Of a DNA stretch of 64,000 bases, positions 12,490 through 27,202 are shown one piece after another; positions within the stretch are counted from its first letter, which is position 1; each line of letters opens with the position of its first letter. Position numbers and translations under genes: made by a program. The DNA comes from the human T2T-CHM13v2.0 reference genome, Homo sapiens. The notes under the pieces were generated by a model, which was not told the origin of the DNA, ran no database searches, and saw only the letters and a list, made by a program, of their open reading frames with translations. The stretch lies in assembly GCF_009914755.1 (NCBI RefSeq), contig NC_060934.1. The stretch is one strand, 5' to 3'.

Positions 12490-14411
12490 AACCCTGCCTG
12501 ACGGTGGGGAGAACTTAAGCTGGCATTTTGTCTAAATGTTCGTAATTGGCACCTCAGAGCTGAGGTTTCTTTATCAGGAACGCCAGTGTGCCTCTGAGCT
12601 GTTGGATCCTCTAGACCTACGGGCAGCCCTTCTCCTGGGCCCCGGGCCTTGGGTCTTCCACAGAGCCCTGGCAGTTCCTCCGTCCCCACTGCATGAGGTG
12701 CTGGCCTCAACTCTAAAGGAAGATCAACTCTAAAGGAAGCTCACTGCCTGGGTCAGGGTGTCGGGAAGGCAGCTTCCCCTCCACTCCCAGTTCTGACCCT
12801 CCCTGGCCCTGGGGCCTTGGGCTTCAGTTTTCTCATGCACCCTTCACGGGTTGCACTGGATAAGCCTAGAAGAGTTTTCCAGATCCGATGCTCAGGACAT
12901 CATCGAGAGGATGACAACAGGGGCAGTTGGCCCAACCAAGGGGGTGCAGGCTTCCAGACGCACCAGATCAGAACGTGAGTGAGTCTCGGTTTCTGGCTTG
13001 TAGACCAGGAGACTGGGAGGGAGAAATGAACTGGGTCAAGCCCACGGTTGGTGCAGCAAGTCCAGCACAGGTGCTCAGTGAGCGGCCCAGGGATCTGTTA
13101 ACCCTGCTGTCCATGGGTCCCTCCTACCAGGGTCCTACCAGGCACCCCTTCTAAGCAGGCCCTCCTGCTGGCGGGGAGTGGCCTGGCCCCCTGGGGCATC
13201 ACCAGCCCTGCAGCCTCCCCTGGTCCCTGAGAGACCTGAGGGACCCTGGCCCCAGGGAACCTGAATCTCCTTAGACAAGCCCCGGCCATCAGGGTTTCCT
13301 TTGGAGTAGGCGGCAGCCCCTGTGATGACCCCGTGGGCAAGACCGGGCTTGCCTCACCCTACCTGGGCCTCACCCAGGAGGCCCCCTGAGCAGCAGTGGG
13401 ACCCTGGGGGAGGGGTGGCGCAGCTGCCTACAGAAATGAACTGTTTATTCAGTCTGCAGTCCGTGCTCACCGGGGCCTCCAACCCCACCCCACCCCCTCC
13501 AGCCGCTCTGGCCTAGGAAGGATCATCCCTCCCCAACCCCCCATCCACTCAACCCTGAGCGGCCCCTGGAAGATTCCACAGCCATCAGCCTCCCAGCCGC
13601 TCCTCCTGTTAGCACTCACTGGCTGGTCAGCCCACCCCAGGCCCTCATCTTGTTTTTTTCCTTGCTGTGGGTACAGAGGGGCTTCTGAAAACATGGCCAC
13701 AGCTGCCATTCCTGCCCCCTCACCTGGCCAGGCTCTGGTGTTGGGATTCAGCTGCAGCCTTGGCCAGCTGGTGGTTTGAGAAGTCCATGGTTTATTTGCC
13801 ACCCAGAATGCCAGGCTGGGCACCAGCCTCACCAAGGGCCAAGAGGATCACCCCTGCAGAGCCAGCCCAGCACCGCGGTGGAGGTGGACCGGGCTGGGAG
13901 AAGCTCGGCCTCCTCCTCTAAGCTTGAGCACTCCTTTGCTGAGCTCTGTTCCCAACCCCAGCAAGGTGCAAAGGGAAGGAGGGAGGGGTCAGCAGAGGGG
14001 GAAAGCAGGGACATGTCTCTCAGGAGGCTCAGCAGCAGGACTGGAGAGGCAGGGGAAGGCAGCGGTGAGGCAGACACTGGGGCCCTGGCCGGTGAGCTGG
14101 GTGTGGGCAAAGATGAGGCTCCAGCCACAGCCACTGCTCGGGGTGGTCCCCAGGCCATGCTGAGGGCTCGGCCCTTGGCCCCCAAGGAAAATGGGAAATG
14201 ACACGCTTCCAGGGGTTGGAGGCAGGAGAGTGACCTGCTTAGATGCTCACCATGACCAGGTGGCAACATTCCTTTGGAAAGACATAAGTCCTTGTCCAGA
14301 ATCAGCCCTAATGCCCCCTTCCTTTGCCATTATCTTCCTCTCACAGGGCAGTACCAAGCCCAGCCTGACCTTCCAAAGCCTCCTTCCATCCTCTCGATGG
14401 GCCCCGTGGCC

Positions 14412-14497
14412 CCCATGACCAGGCAGGCACTGGGACGGCCACCCTCCCCACTCCCCCGTGACCAGGTAGCCACTGGGACGGCCACCTTCCCCACTCC
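14412..14497 (+). repeat. 43-bp tandem duplication (2 copies, 39/43 identical)
   Basis: cccatgaccaggcaggcactgggacggccaccctccccactcc / cccgtgaccaggtagccactgggacggccaccttccccactcc. Confidence 0.9.
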
Positions 14498-14679
14498 ACA
14501 CACTCTTGGGGGCTGCACAGATCCTGGCCCTAGAACAGCAGGGCTGGCCAGTGGGACTGAAGGTCATCCGTGGTGACAAGGACTGAGGACAGTGCCAGGT
14601 ATGGGCAGGCTTCAGCCGCAGCTTCCTGGCATGGCCTGGGATCCCACATTGGTCAGGTTGGGGGCAAGGCTCAGGATGG

Positions 14680-16200
14680 CAGGCTAGACTCCAGTCCCCA
14701 CTCTGCAGCTGCTGCCTCTGACTGTGGCACCGCTGTTCCTGACTCCTGGCCTTGGTTTCCTCTTCTGGGGAAAGGAGATGACCCAGTGAGCCTCATGGGT
14801 GGCTGTGAGTCAACGTGCTATGGAAAGGCCAGGCCTGCACAGGGTTATCGTCCTCCCTCCCTCGCCACTCCTTCCTTGCAACAGAGCCTTACCCCTACAC
14901 CCTGCTCAGCTGGCCAGGCACTGGACAGAGGCAAAGGAGGCTGGAGGGCACTGCAAGCTGTGCCTGCACAGGCCTGTCCTGGTCCTACATTGCCCTAACT
15001 GCCCGTAGGGTGCTCAGCAATGACTACTGCTTGGAGAGAATCTCAAAATGCACCGAGAACATTTCTAACCAGTGTGTATTTAAAACTGGGGCCAATCCCC
15101 AGGGTGGACAGAAACTACTTTGCCACTTCTGACACCCGCCTGGAGGGCTGATCTGGGGCCCCCTTCTCCTCCTCATGAGGATGGGGGTGTTGAGGGTGGG
15201 GATAGCGGTCACAAGAGAACTCAGGAGAATCCAGCTCCTGTGGGTGGGAGAGGTGGGTGAGAACCATCTGGAATCCACCAGAGAAGATGGACTCGGTGAA
15301 TGCCAGCCCGGGAGAGGTCTGAGATGGGACAGCCCAGCCCAGAGGGGACAAACGATTTGCCTGCGACCACAGTTTGGGCCATGGAGCAGAACTAGAACCA
15401 GGTCCTGGACTTCAGCCCAGCACTCTCCCTCCACATGCTGGAAGGGGAGGGCAGGCCCAGAAGGGAAGGCAGGGCTGTGGTGGGGACAGCGGGGTGGGAT
15501 GGGGTCATGGGAGCAGCCCACAGCTGGAGGAGGTGGAACAGACTGTCTAGTTAAGAAGACAGGCCCAGGCTGGCTCTGCCATCTGCTGTCTGGGAGCCTG
15601 GGAAAGGTCCCTGACCTCTTGCAGCCAGGGTCACTGTCACCTCTAGTTAACAGGATAGCAATTGTACCTGTCTTGGGCAGCCATTGAGAGGATGCCAGCA
15701 GGTGACATGTGACAAGTGCTTAGCCCTTGCTGGGTGCAGGGTCTGCTCCTAGAAAATACTTATCCAGAGCCTCCTCTTTGCAGAGGACACAGGCGGCTTC
15801 AACTCCCACTCCTGTGCCCAGGTCGCCATCACATGCCTAGCTCTGTCTCCTCCCACCCCTCCTCTGACCCTGCTGTCTCCTTCCTCTTCTGCTGTCATGG
15901 TTCTCTCCCCAGATCCTCAGGGTCTGGAGGCCTCAGGACACTTGAAGTCCTGGCCAGGAGCAACCAGCAGACATTCGGCCTCCCGTATTTGTGATGCCAC
16001 AAAACCTAGCAGGGTGAGCAGTTTTTTCTGCCCCACCTCAGGCTCCCAGGCTCCTTCCAAGCAGCCTCTCTGGGCTCACCTTCAGCTTTGCCACATCTCA
16101 CTCTCTCTGACCTGCTGTGTGGCCTTAAGCGACTGCATTGCCCTCTGTGCAGCCTCACTGTAAACTGGGGACATGGATTAGATGTCCTTCAAGGCCTTTC
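14680..16200 (+). mobile_element. Three diverged MIR fragments (about 14680-14845, 15530-15740, 16080-16200)
   Basis: MIR-like motifs 'ccttggtttcctcttctgggg', 'ggctctgccatctgctg...gtgcttagccc', 'gctgtgtggccttaagc...ctctgtgcagcctcactgtaaactgggga'. Confidence 0.5.
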
Positions 16201-19200
16201 CTGCAGAAGCTTTTAAAAATCCAAACTCCAGGGTCCAGCCCAGGCCCGGGAAAGCCAGAGAGCAAGCTCTTCCTGCTCCACGTCCACACATGTTGACTAG
16301 CCCCGTTTTGCACACATCTCCAAACAGCTATTTTCCCTTTTAACCTACAAATAATATTTTTTTCACTCCCAAGGAACTTCTGAGGGGAGGCTCAGCCTAC
16401 GTGGGGCGAGGCCAGGCTGGGGCAGCCTGAGAAATGAGCCGCATTCCATCCCCTCTCCCAGCAGATCATCCTTCTGAGACTCCCGCCTGTCAATACCAAG
16501 TCACTCTCGGGGCAGCGGGCCATGTATAATTGACGAGCTTTCTTCTCTCTGGTGGAGCCCTAAGACATCCATGGCCATAATGCAGGATATTAAAAGCTTC
16601 CTGGGAAGACACGGCTCTCATCTCCAAGAGGAGTAATTAATGTCACAAAGGGGTTTCCAATGATGATTCCTGCTTCAGCTTTGATTTCCTCCTACAAATC
16701 CCCCTGAGATACTCCTAGAAGCACCTAAGCCTTTCCTATGTGTGTCCTCCGAGGAGTCCCATCCACTTACATCTGTTCCAGGGATTGTTAAAGAAGGAGT
16801 CCCACTTTGCTAGGATCCAGGCCTGTGTCTAGGTGCAATGCAGGGAGGGAGACAGCCATTGTCCCAAAAGCATACCCCACCCAAAGGCCTTGCCTGGGTT
16901 CTCCCAGAGGGCTGGGCCACCATTTCTCCCTCTCCACTCCCTTTTTATAAAGAGTGATTCTTGGTCTCCAAAGGGGAAGCGATGTGAAACTAGACTGCCC
17001 GACTCTGAGGCTGGAGGAGCAGGGGTAGCCGGTTCTCGCCACCAGGGAGCAAAGCTAGGATGCAGCCTCAGTGCGATTCCCAGCCAGGGCGCCCCACTCT
17101 TGCAGCAGCCAAGAGAAGTAGGTCACTGGTTTTACAGGTGTGCTACCTGAGCCCCAGAGATGCTAGGCATCCTATACAGTGTCACACGCACTCACAGGAA
17201 TAGCAGGGCCAGGACTAAGCCGTGTTCTCCAAATGCCATTCCCCTCTCCCTGCCCTAGGAGCTGCCAGATCACTATGAACAAATTCATCTCCTGCTGAGC
17301 ACCTGCCACCCCTCCTAGAACCTTCTTGGGGGGAGCTGGGAGGCACTGCCTCTTCCTTGGAGTGGAGGGATGAAGAAAAGAGGGACCCCACAGTCTCTGT
17401 GCACAGTCCAAGCCCACTGTCATGCACAATGGCTCAGCCCTGAGATGCACAGGGGCCTCAGAGCCTCCACTCACCTGCTGGAGTCAGAGGAAAGTGTAAA
17501 GGGACTTTGGAAAATAACCCAGCTGTGGGTGCTACAAGAGAGGCTGCCTTGTCTGAGCAGGAGGGAGGCCCACTGGTCAGGGTTCCAGCCAAGAAGGCCG
17601 CAGCTCAGGACACGTTTTAGGACTGGCTTAAGACCTGCTTTGTGAACAGGGAAACCGAGGCAGCCACCCAGGAATGCAGAGCACCCTGATGCTGTGGGAT
17701 GGTGGAAAGGCCTGGTCACCCAGGGCTCATGGCTAGCACATCAGAGGCAGGACAGTCACATGCTCCCAGGTGCTGCCCCATTGTCTGGGGGGCGGGGTCT
17801 GAAGCCTGAGGGACAGGCACCAGCGACCCCATTGCAGGGCAACAGGACGGGCAGGTAGAAAGCTCCTGTTCCTGCTCCCCTTCCCCTGCTTGGCTTTCCC
17901 ATCTGTCATTCACTCCTCTCTCAGCCTCCCTCATGCTCCCAGATTCCAGGTCACCGTCAGGCATATGCTATGTGGTCCAGTCCCCAGAGGACAGAGATGA
18001 ACCCAGAAAGCAGGAAAATAGCGAGGGGTGATAGGAGCCTGGGGGTCACGAGCAATGGGATAAGAAGATAAAGAAGGAATCCAAGTAGCTCAAAAAAATG
18101 AAGTCAGGAAAAAAGTCTTTTGAAATAGCGTCATTGATAGCATTGCACTCAACATCCTGGGACCTCCCTGCAGATGCTTGGGTGGAAGCCGTTTCTACAC
18201 TTTTTCTCCTGTCACTTAGCCAGATCTCTCCAGAGTCACTGATATTTCTAGTTAGCCTCAGGCTGAGGCTTGGAAGTTCCTGGATATTAAAAATTAACAT
18301 GGGCATGTGCGCTTTTCTTAAAGCAAGAACAAGCTAAAGTAGAGAATTTAAGAAGTCAGCTACTGTGTGATCATTTTTCCTGCCCCATGGTTCAAGGGTT
18401 TGACATTTTCATTCATTCACTGCACAAATGTTTATCGAGCTATGTGCCTGGCTTGGTTTTGAAGGTAATGGCACCACTTAAAGCTGCTTGGGTACTTCTA
18501 CATATTTTTAGCATTTGTACACTTCCCAAACCACCAGTTGCTTTAATCCCACAATTTTTCAGGGGAAAAAACAAAAGCATTGTTCCGGCATGAAATACCT
18601 GCACAGGGCCAGCCTGGGCAAAAAGGAGAGTAGAGAGTCGGTGGTCACCTGTGGTTACCAACACTGGATCTCTCTACCACGGGGCAGGGGCTGGTGTAGT
18701 GGGAAGGGGAGGGGGGCATCTAGCAACCCCACAATAAGCAGCACATGGCAGTTGGAAATCCCTTTTGAAGTTTTGTTTTAGTAGAGGAGAGCTCTGTTAT
18801 TTTCAATATGCATAATACTTACGGAGAGTATCTGAAAGAAATTAGCAGATTCTCAGGTTTTAGAAACCCATACTTGCAAAACGTGAGTAAATAATCCAAC
18901 AAGGTATTGCTATCATTCAGGTGTTTTAAACATTTGTTTTTCTTACTCCCATACATGCTGGCTTCCCTCGTGAAGCACTAGTCAAACGACGCAAACGCCC
19001 AAGCCCGTAAACACATTTCTGATTATCTGAGGAGGGCTGCATGAAGCAAACTGGCAGAAAATGTCACTTGGACACCTCTAGGAAATGAAGAAACATGGAC
19101 CTGCCCAGTTAATTTCCAATGCTGTCACTGTTTTGATGACACATCTCAGAGGAGGACGTTTTTCTCCCTTGCAGAGTGTAAATCAACCCGTTAGTCCTAC

Positions 19201-19824
19201 GAAGCTCCCTGAGACAAGGTAGCAAATGTTTCTGCCATTTAAACACTGCCACTGGATGGCCAGAGGAGTGTCCCCGGTGCCTTAGAAGGAGCTACACACT
19301 GTCTTTGGACACCCCATGACATCTGTGTGGCTGTCTTCTCAACAAGGTTGGCTGTGTCCTGCTGTCAGCAAGAAGCCCAGGTGATTGGCAGCAGGAGCTG
19401 ACCCTTCCCTCAAGTTTGGTCACTACTCAGATCTGTCTCCAGGGCCCTGAGCCAGGGAGGACCCAGGCCAGCTCAAACACCACATCCACCTTTCCATCCA
19501 CAGGGCATGGCACATCCAGGCTGGGCAACATTGATGGGAGCACACCCCCTGGCCCACTGCCAGACCACACACCCACCCCTTTGCTGGGACTGCCCGGGCC
19601 TGGATCTGCCTCGAATGAGAATAACTCCAGTCTGCCTCTCCGTCCGGATTAAAACGCCTCAAAGAGGGGGTCTTCCACGCAACCTGTAACCCACTGCCAG
19701 GCACGGTTAGTGTTTGTTGAATAGATGTCAGCCAACTGCATGATGAACTTTGTTTCTTCCAGCCAACAAACGGCAATTTTCAAATGTTTTTCAGCTCTTA
19801 CTCTTGATTTCTTCTACCTAACAG

Positions 19825-20931
<1,107 letters not shown>

Positions 20932-20949
20932 AAGCTTATTCTTAAGTCC

Positions 20950-22885
20950 TAATGAACACAGTGACCAAAGCTGACTCAGGAGGAAATAGAAAACCTGAAC
21001 AGTTCTATGACCACTAAACAAATTAAATTAGTTTCCACCAAAAACTGCAAGGCCCAGATGGTTTTACTGGAGAGGTCTACCAAACTTTTCATTCCAACTT
21101 ATGTAAACTCTTTCAGAGACTAGAAAGGGTGAGACCATTTTGTGAAGCTAGTGTAACCTTGGTAATTCAACCAGGTAAAAGCATTTGGGAAAGGAAAATC
21201 TCTGGCTAACATCTCTCAGAAGTATGTATGCAAGAGTACTAACAGGACATTAACAACCCAAATCTACCAAAGCCTATAAAATAATAATACATCATCATCA
21301 AATTGGGTTATTTGAGAAATAAAGATGGTTTATTATTAGTAAGTTATTGGTAATTTCACTATATTAAGAGATTAGAGGCAAATATTGGCATCTTATTAAT
21401 GACAGAAAATGACATTAGATAAAATTTAACCCTCATTCATGATAAAAGTTCCTGGCTATTTAGAAAAATATGGTACTTTACTTAATCCAACAGAATAAAT
21501 TTAAAATAGCTACATAAACATCATATTTGATGGTAAAGCACTGAAAAACATTCCTTTTAAAATTATAAAATAGGCAAGAATATCTGAGATCATTGCTTTT
21601 ATTCAACCAAAAAAGTTGACTCATTTGGAAGGGGGAAGGGTTGACTATTAGATAAATGGTGCTGGGAAAATTGGCTATCCACATAACAAATAAACTGGAT
21701 CCCTACCTCAGATTATATGGGAGAAAAAAGACAAAAAGCATAAATCATAAAAGAAAAAAATAGAACAATTTAAGTAAATAAAAAAAATTTTGCTAATCAG
21801 ATACAAATAATACAAAAATGTTTTGTCAAACAAAAAAAGGCAAACCACAAACAGGGAAAAAATACTTGCAATATATCACCAACAACAAAAAAAAATTGCC
21901 AGCCATAGGGGTGCATGCTTGTAGTCCCAGCTCCTAGGAAGGCTAAAGTGGGAGAATCCCTTGAGTCCAGGAGTTTGAGGCCAGACTGGGCAACACAGCA
22001 AGACCACCATGACCCTGCATCTCTTTTAAAAAGATTATCCAAAATATATTTCAAATCACTAAAAAATTATTAGAGGCAAAACAGAAATAGAGACAAAAGT
22101 TATACACAGGCATTTCACAGAAGAAGAAATACAACAGTCTGCCTATAATCGGGAAAATATCAAGTCAAAACTACAATGGGATTCCATTTTACATCCATTT
22201 ACTGTCAGAATTTGTAAACCTGTCAATAGAAAAGGTTAGGCAACCATGTAGACTGAAGAGAAATGTTTTATATACCACTGACCAGCATATAAACTGCTCT
22301 ATTTTAACAAATTATTTGGCAACATACGGTAAAACTGAAAATATGCTGGGCCTATGAGTTGCACTTCCATTTCTGCATGATACCCTCGAGGAGCTCTTGT
22401 CCATGTGCAAAGGAGATGTGGTTAGCAGTGTGCACAGCAGTAGGTTAATAATAGCAAAAACAAATGTCGTATGAGAGAATAAACACACACACTCACAGAA
22501 ACACACACACACATTTAAATACTGTACTTTACTGAAAATGGGTGTGAACTGGAGCTCTATGCATTAACACAGAGCACCTCAAAAACATGATAGAGGGCAA
22601 AAATGGCAAGTTATAGGAGAATATAGAGAGTATGATATCATTCACATAACATGTGAAAGCATTTTAAGCAACAGTGCATACTGCTTAGAGATGCACGCAT
22701 ACATTCACGTACAAAGATCATTATAAAAAGGTAAAACACAAGATTCAGAATGATGGTTACCTGGGAGCAGTAAGGAAAGGATTAGGAAGGAATACACAAA
22801 GAGCTTTAACCATGTTGATACACTTTGTTTCTTAAGCTTGGTAGTGTATTCTTTATATCCCTTGGATACCACATACTTTATTGAA
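20950..22885 (+). mobile_element. Ancient L1M (L1ME-like) ORF2/3'UTR remnants
   Basis: 'caaggcccagatggttttactgg', 'ataaatggtgctgggaaaattggctatccaca', 'caggcatttcacagaagaagaaatacaa', 'gaatgatggttacctggg'. No intact ORF. Confidence 0.85.
21898..22032 (+). mobile_element. FLAM (free left Alu monomer) inside L1M
   Basis: Monomer 'gcttgtagtcccagctcctaggaaggct...ttgagtccaggagtttgaggccagactgggcaacacagcaagacc'. Confidence 0.8.
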
Positions 22886-23041
22886 AAATTGAGGAAAAAA
22901 AGGAATGTGTTAGCATCAGATGAAGGAGGAAGAAAGGAGTCTTCTAGGAGGGAACAGAAGCATAAGCAAAGATACTGGGGGGTAAACCAGGAGGTAGAAG
23001 GGGAAGACCACAAGAAACATGGTGTTTAAAGCACACATCAA

Positions 23042-23348
<307 letters not shown>

Positions 23349-24279
23349 TAAAGCACACACCAAGAGAGGGTGGCTAAAGTTAGGCATCAGAGGTTATTGG
23401 AGAATAGACCCTAAGTAACCTGGCGTGCAGTGCTGAGGAGCCAGGAAATTGTCCTGAAGCCAGTGGAACTTATTAAGGGTATTAAGTGGGTGGGTGATTC
23501 AGTCCTCCAAGCATTTGAGAAAGTCCACTGTGGAGGAGAGATTGAGGGGAATGGGGCAGAGGAGAGGGTGTTCTGGAAGCAGAAAAGCCAGTGAGACACA
23601 GGAGAAAGGTCTGGACCAAAAAGTGAGGGGGCCCCGAGGAGTGCAGTGGCAATGGGGTGAGAGAAGCTGCCCAGATACTTAGTACCCAATGCCTGTTTCA
23701 ACAGAATCCTAGTGCTGTGGTGTGTCCACACAAAAATGACTGCTCAGCATGTGGCTGCCTTGGAGTTCAAAACACAAAGCCTCCAGCCTTTCCCACGCAT
23801 TGCTAGAGACAGCTTAGAATGAACTTGGCTGAGTTTTGCTGGCCTCCAATGCCTTAATTACGTATTTACTGGTATTTGGAATGGCTTGTGCAAGCTGCCC
23901 ATGGTGTCAGGTCATTGCTTAAACTGAATGATGGCTTCTCTGTTCCATTTCTTCCTAATGAGTACACACACTTGAGCACTTAATATAGAGCAATGGCTTT
24001 CCAGGACAAATGGCCTTCCAGTAGAACAAAGCACTCTAAGGAGTTAGTGATTTCTGACATTTGTTAGCCAGGCTGACAACTCTGGACAAGGAAATTTGAA
24101 ATTTTGAGTTGTTTCCAAATTGGCTGAGTTATAATAGTAATTGCAAAGCAAAGTCACGGAATCTCAGATATTTAACATTAAGGCCAACTCTTACTGGCGG
24201 GTGAGAATATGAGAACTTGGGACAGAAAGTGCCTGTAACCTAAGGTCACGCATTAGATTAGTGGCATCCAATGACAGAA

Positions 24280-25150
24280 CATAAACATTCACTGAGCACC
24301 TGCTATGCACCAAGCCCTCTGCTGGGTGCTGGGGATATAAGGGTGACCACATGTCCGCCATTGAGGAGTCTGCATTCTCGCTGGAAGAGAAAGACAATAA
24401 ACAAGGAAGCAATTCATGAACTCACCATTTCAGGTACTGGTTAGTGCTGAGAAGGGTACCAGTGGTATAAGACGATGGAAAGAGCCTGGAGCTACTTTTC
24501 CCAGGATGGTGAGGGAAGGTTTCTCTGAGAAGAAACTTCAGTCTCTAATCAAGAAAGCAGATCCCAACCAGGCGGTTTAAGAAAAGAATTTTAATATAGA
24601 GAACTAGGTCCAAAGGTGCTGGAAGAGAAGAAAGGGCAAAGGACACGGTGAGGCTATCCAGAGATTAGTAACAACAGCAGCTGCTACCAGCCCTAGCTAG
24701 AGACAAAGGGAAGGGCTTCCAGAACCCAAGAGAGGGCAACATACAAGGAAGAGTGGCCCAGTAGCATGTGGAACCCAGAGGAGATGGGGCAGCTGCCTGG
24801 GATAGTTCCTAAAGCAGAGAGGGGTTTGGGGGAAGAAACATCCTGGCTTCTCCCTTCTCCCTGCCTTCCAACCTGCCATGAACATCTCCCATCAGCTGAA
24901 CATAACCAGAAACCAAAGGTCAAACATGCCTGGAAAATGCATCTTCCCCAGGGAAATGCAAACTTTTTGCAGAAGCCACCCAGGGATATACAGTAGGGTC
25001 AGGGGAAAGTGGAGGCTAGATCTTAGGGCTAACAGGCAAACGGCCAGAACATAAGGTAATGACCGAATCAAGACACGTCTGATAAAAGGAGGGACCCATG
25101 CGAGTGCTAGGGGGTAAGAATTCCAGCAAAAGGCACGCAGGGCGGCCGAG
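24280..25150 (-). mobile_element. L2 interrupted by an ancient LTR-like element (about 24537-25051)
   Basis: L2 'cattcactgagcacctgctatgcaccaagccctctgctgggtgctgggga...gagggaaggtttctctgagaag' resumes after 25051. The intervening sequence of about 510 bp ends '...ggccagaaca', like old mammalian LTRs. Family not identified. Confidence 0.6.
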
Positions 25151-25972
25151 GCAGGGTGGGATGCACTGGCTCCCCTCTACAGTTCGGACTCACCTCCGGC
25201 ACTGGCCACCTCGTTGAGCCTCCTTGTGATTCTCTTTTCCCATATTTTCCAGCTCCTCTCAAGCTTGCCTCTTGTGCCTTCAGAAAACTGCAGGGACCTG
25301 ATGGAGGTGGAGCTGCTGGGCAGACAGGGCATTCTCCAGTGTCAGAGCCAATTCCATGGCTCATAATTACACCTTTCTCCATTGATTGACTATTTACCCT
25401 GGGAATTGCACAAAAGCTTAACGTGTTCCCACAGCAGCCCGTGATGGAGGCTTCCTTCTCTCTGTTTGACGGATGAGGAAAGAGAGGCTCCGATTCAGTA
25501 AATAACTTGCTCAATGGTGCAGAGTAAATGGCAGGGCTAAGATTCCTTTCACTCATTCCATTTCCAAATGTTTAATGAACATCTGTCTATCAAGGTTCAG
25601 GCTGTGGAGATAAAATGGTGAACAAAACAAGCAAAGAATATGGTCTTACAGGGAATACAGCTATTAAACAAATAACCATGCTTGTGGTGTGATTATTAAA
25701 GAAATTATTTATGCCAAGAAAACAAGAAAGTCCAGAACCATGTTTATCTATTTCTCAAGTATCTCAAGTATAACAATTGATTATCTATTTTGTTAATTTC
25801 TGCTCTTGTATTTATCATTTTCTTGCCTGTCTTTTTCTTTTAGTTTTACTTCAAGGTTGTTTCTAGGGACTTCAGTTGAACCCTTAACTTATTTATAACT
25901 AAGGCTACACATTTTCCTCTGGGTGCTGCTTTAGCTATATCCCAAAGTTGACTAGACTGTTCTTTTATTCTT

Positions 25973-26269
<297 letters not shown>

Positions 26270-26343
26270 TAGTTCTAAATATTTTATAATTCCCCTGATT
26301 ACCTCTTTCACGCATGAGTTATTGGGCAACATTTTAAAACTTC

Positions 26344-26704
26344 TGTGTCAGTCCATTTGGGTTGCTGTAACAAAATCCCATATGCTGGCTGGCTTATAAA
26401 CAACAGAAATTTATTTCTCACTGTTCCGGAGGCTGGAAAGTCCAAGATCAAGGTGCTGGCAGAGACAGTGTCTGAGAGCCTGATTTCTGAGTTATAGATG
26501 GCACCTTTTTGCTGTGCCCTCACATGTTAGAAGATGTAAGAGGTCTCTGTCAAGCCCCTCATATGGGCACTGGTCCCATTCATGAGGGCTTCACCCTCTT
26601 GACCTAATCACCCCCCCAAAGCCCCACCTCCTAATCCTATCACCTTGAGGGTTAGGATTTCAAAATACAAGTTTTGAGGGGACATGAACATTCAGACAAT
26701 AGCA
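26344..26704 (-). mobile_element. MLT1A0-type MaLR solo LTR
   Basis: TG...CA termini. Perfect 5-bp TSD ACTTC (26339-26343, 26705-26709). Confidence 0.9.
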
Positions 26705-27087
26705 ACTTCCAAACATGCTTTTTATCTTTTTCCCGTTGATTTTTAATGTAATCGCTCGTGCTCACAGAGAGCGTTAAGATAATGTTAATTTGTTGGTATT
26801 TGTTGAGACTTTAGTCAAGATTTACTGCATGATACATTTTTATAAACATCTGTATATTCTTAAAAATTATATACCTATATATTGGCTGCATGGTTATTTC
26901 TGTATTCTTTCATAAAATCTAACTTAATTCATTATCTGTACCACTTTTATTGTCTGCTTGATCAATAGAGCTGTGTTAATCTATGAATGTGGATTCCTCA
27001 AGTTCTCTTTCTATTTCTGTTTTCATCTTACATATTTTGAGTTTTTTTTTTTTTGCTTTAAAGTTCAATATGTGTCATATTATCACA

Positions 27088-27202
27088 GAGCCCCTTGTTC
27101 AAAAATTATTTAGAATTTTGAGACAATCCTAGCAGAACTTTAAATCAAGCAGGAGGCCTTTCTAAGCCCAGAGCCCTGTGCCCACCCATAAAGCTGGCCA
27201 TG
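27088..27202. mobile_element. MER91-type hAT-Tip100 fragment
   Basis: 'cccttgttcaaaaattatttagaatttt...gccctgtgcccacccataaagctggccatg'. Confidence 0.6.
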
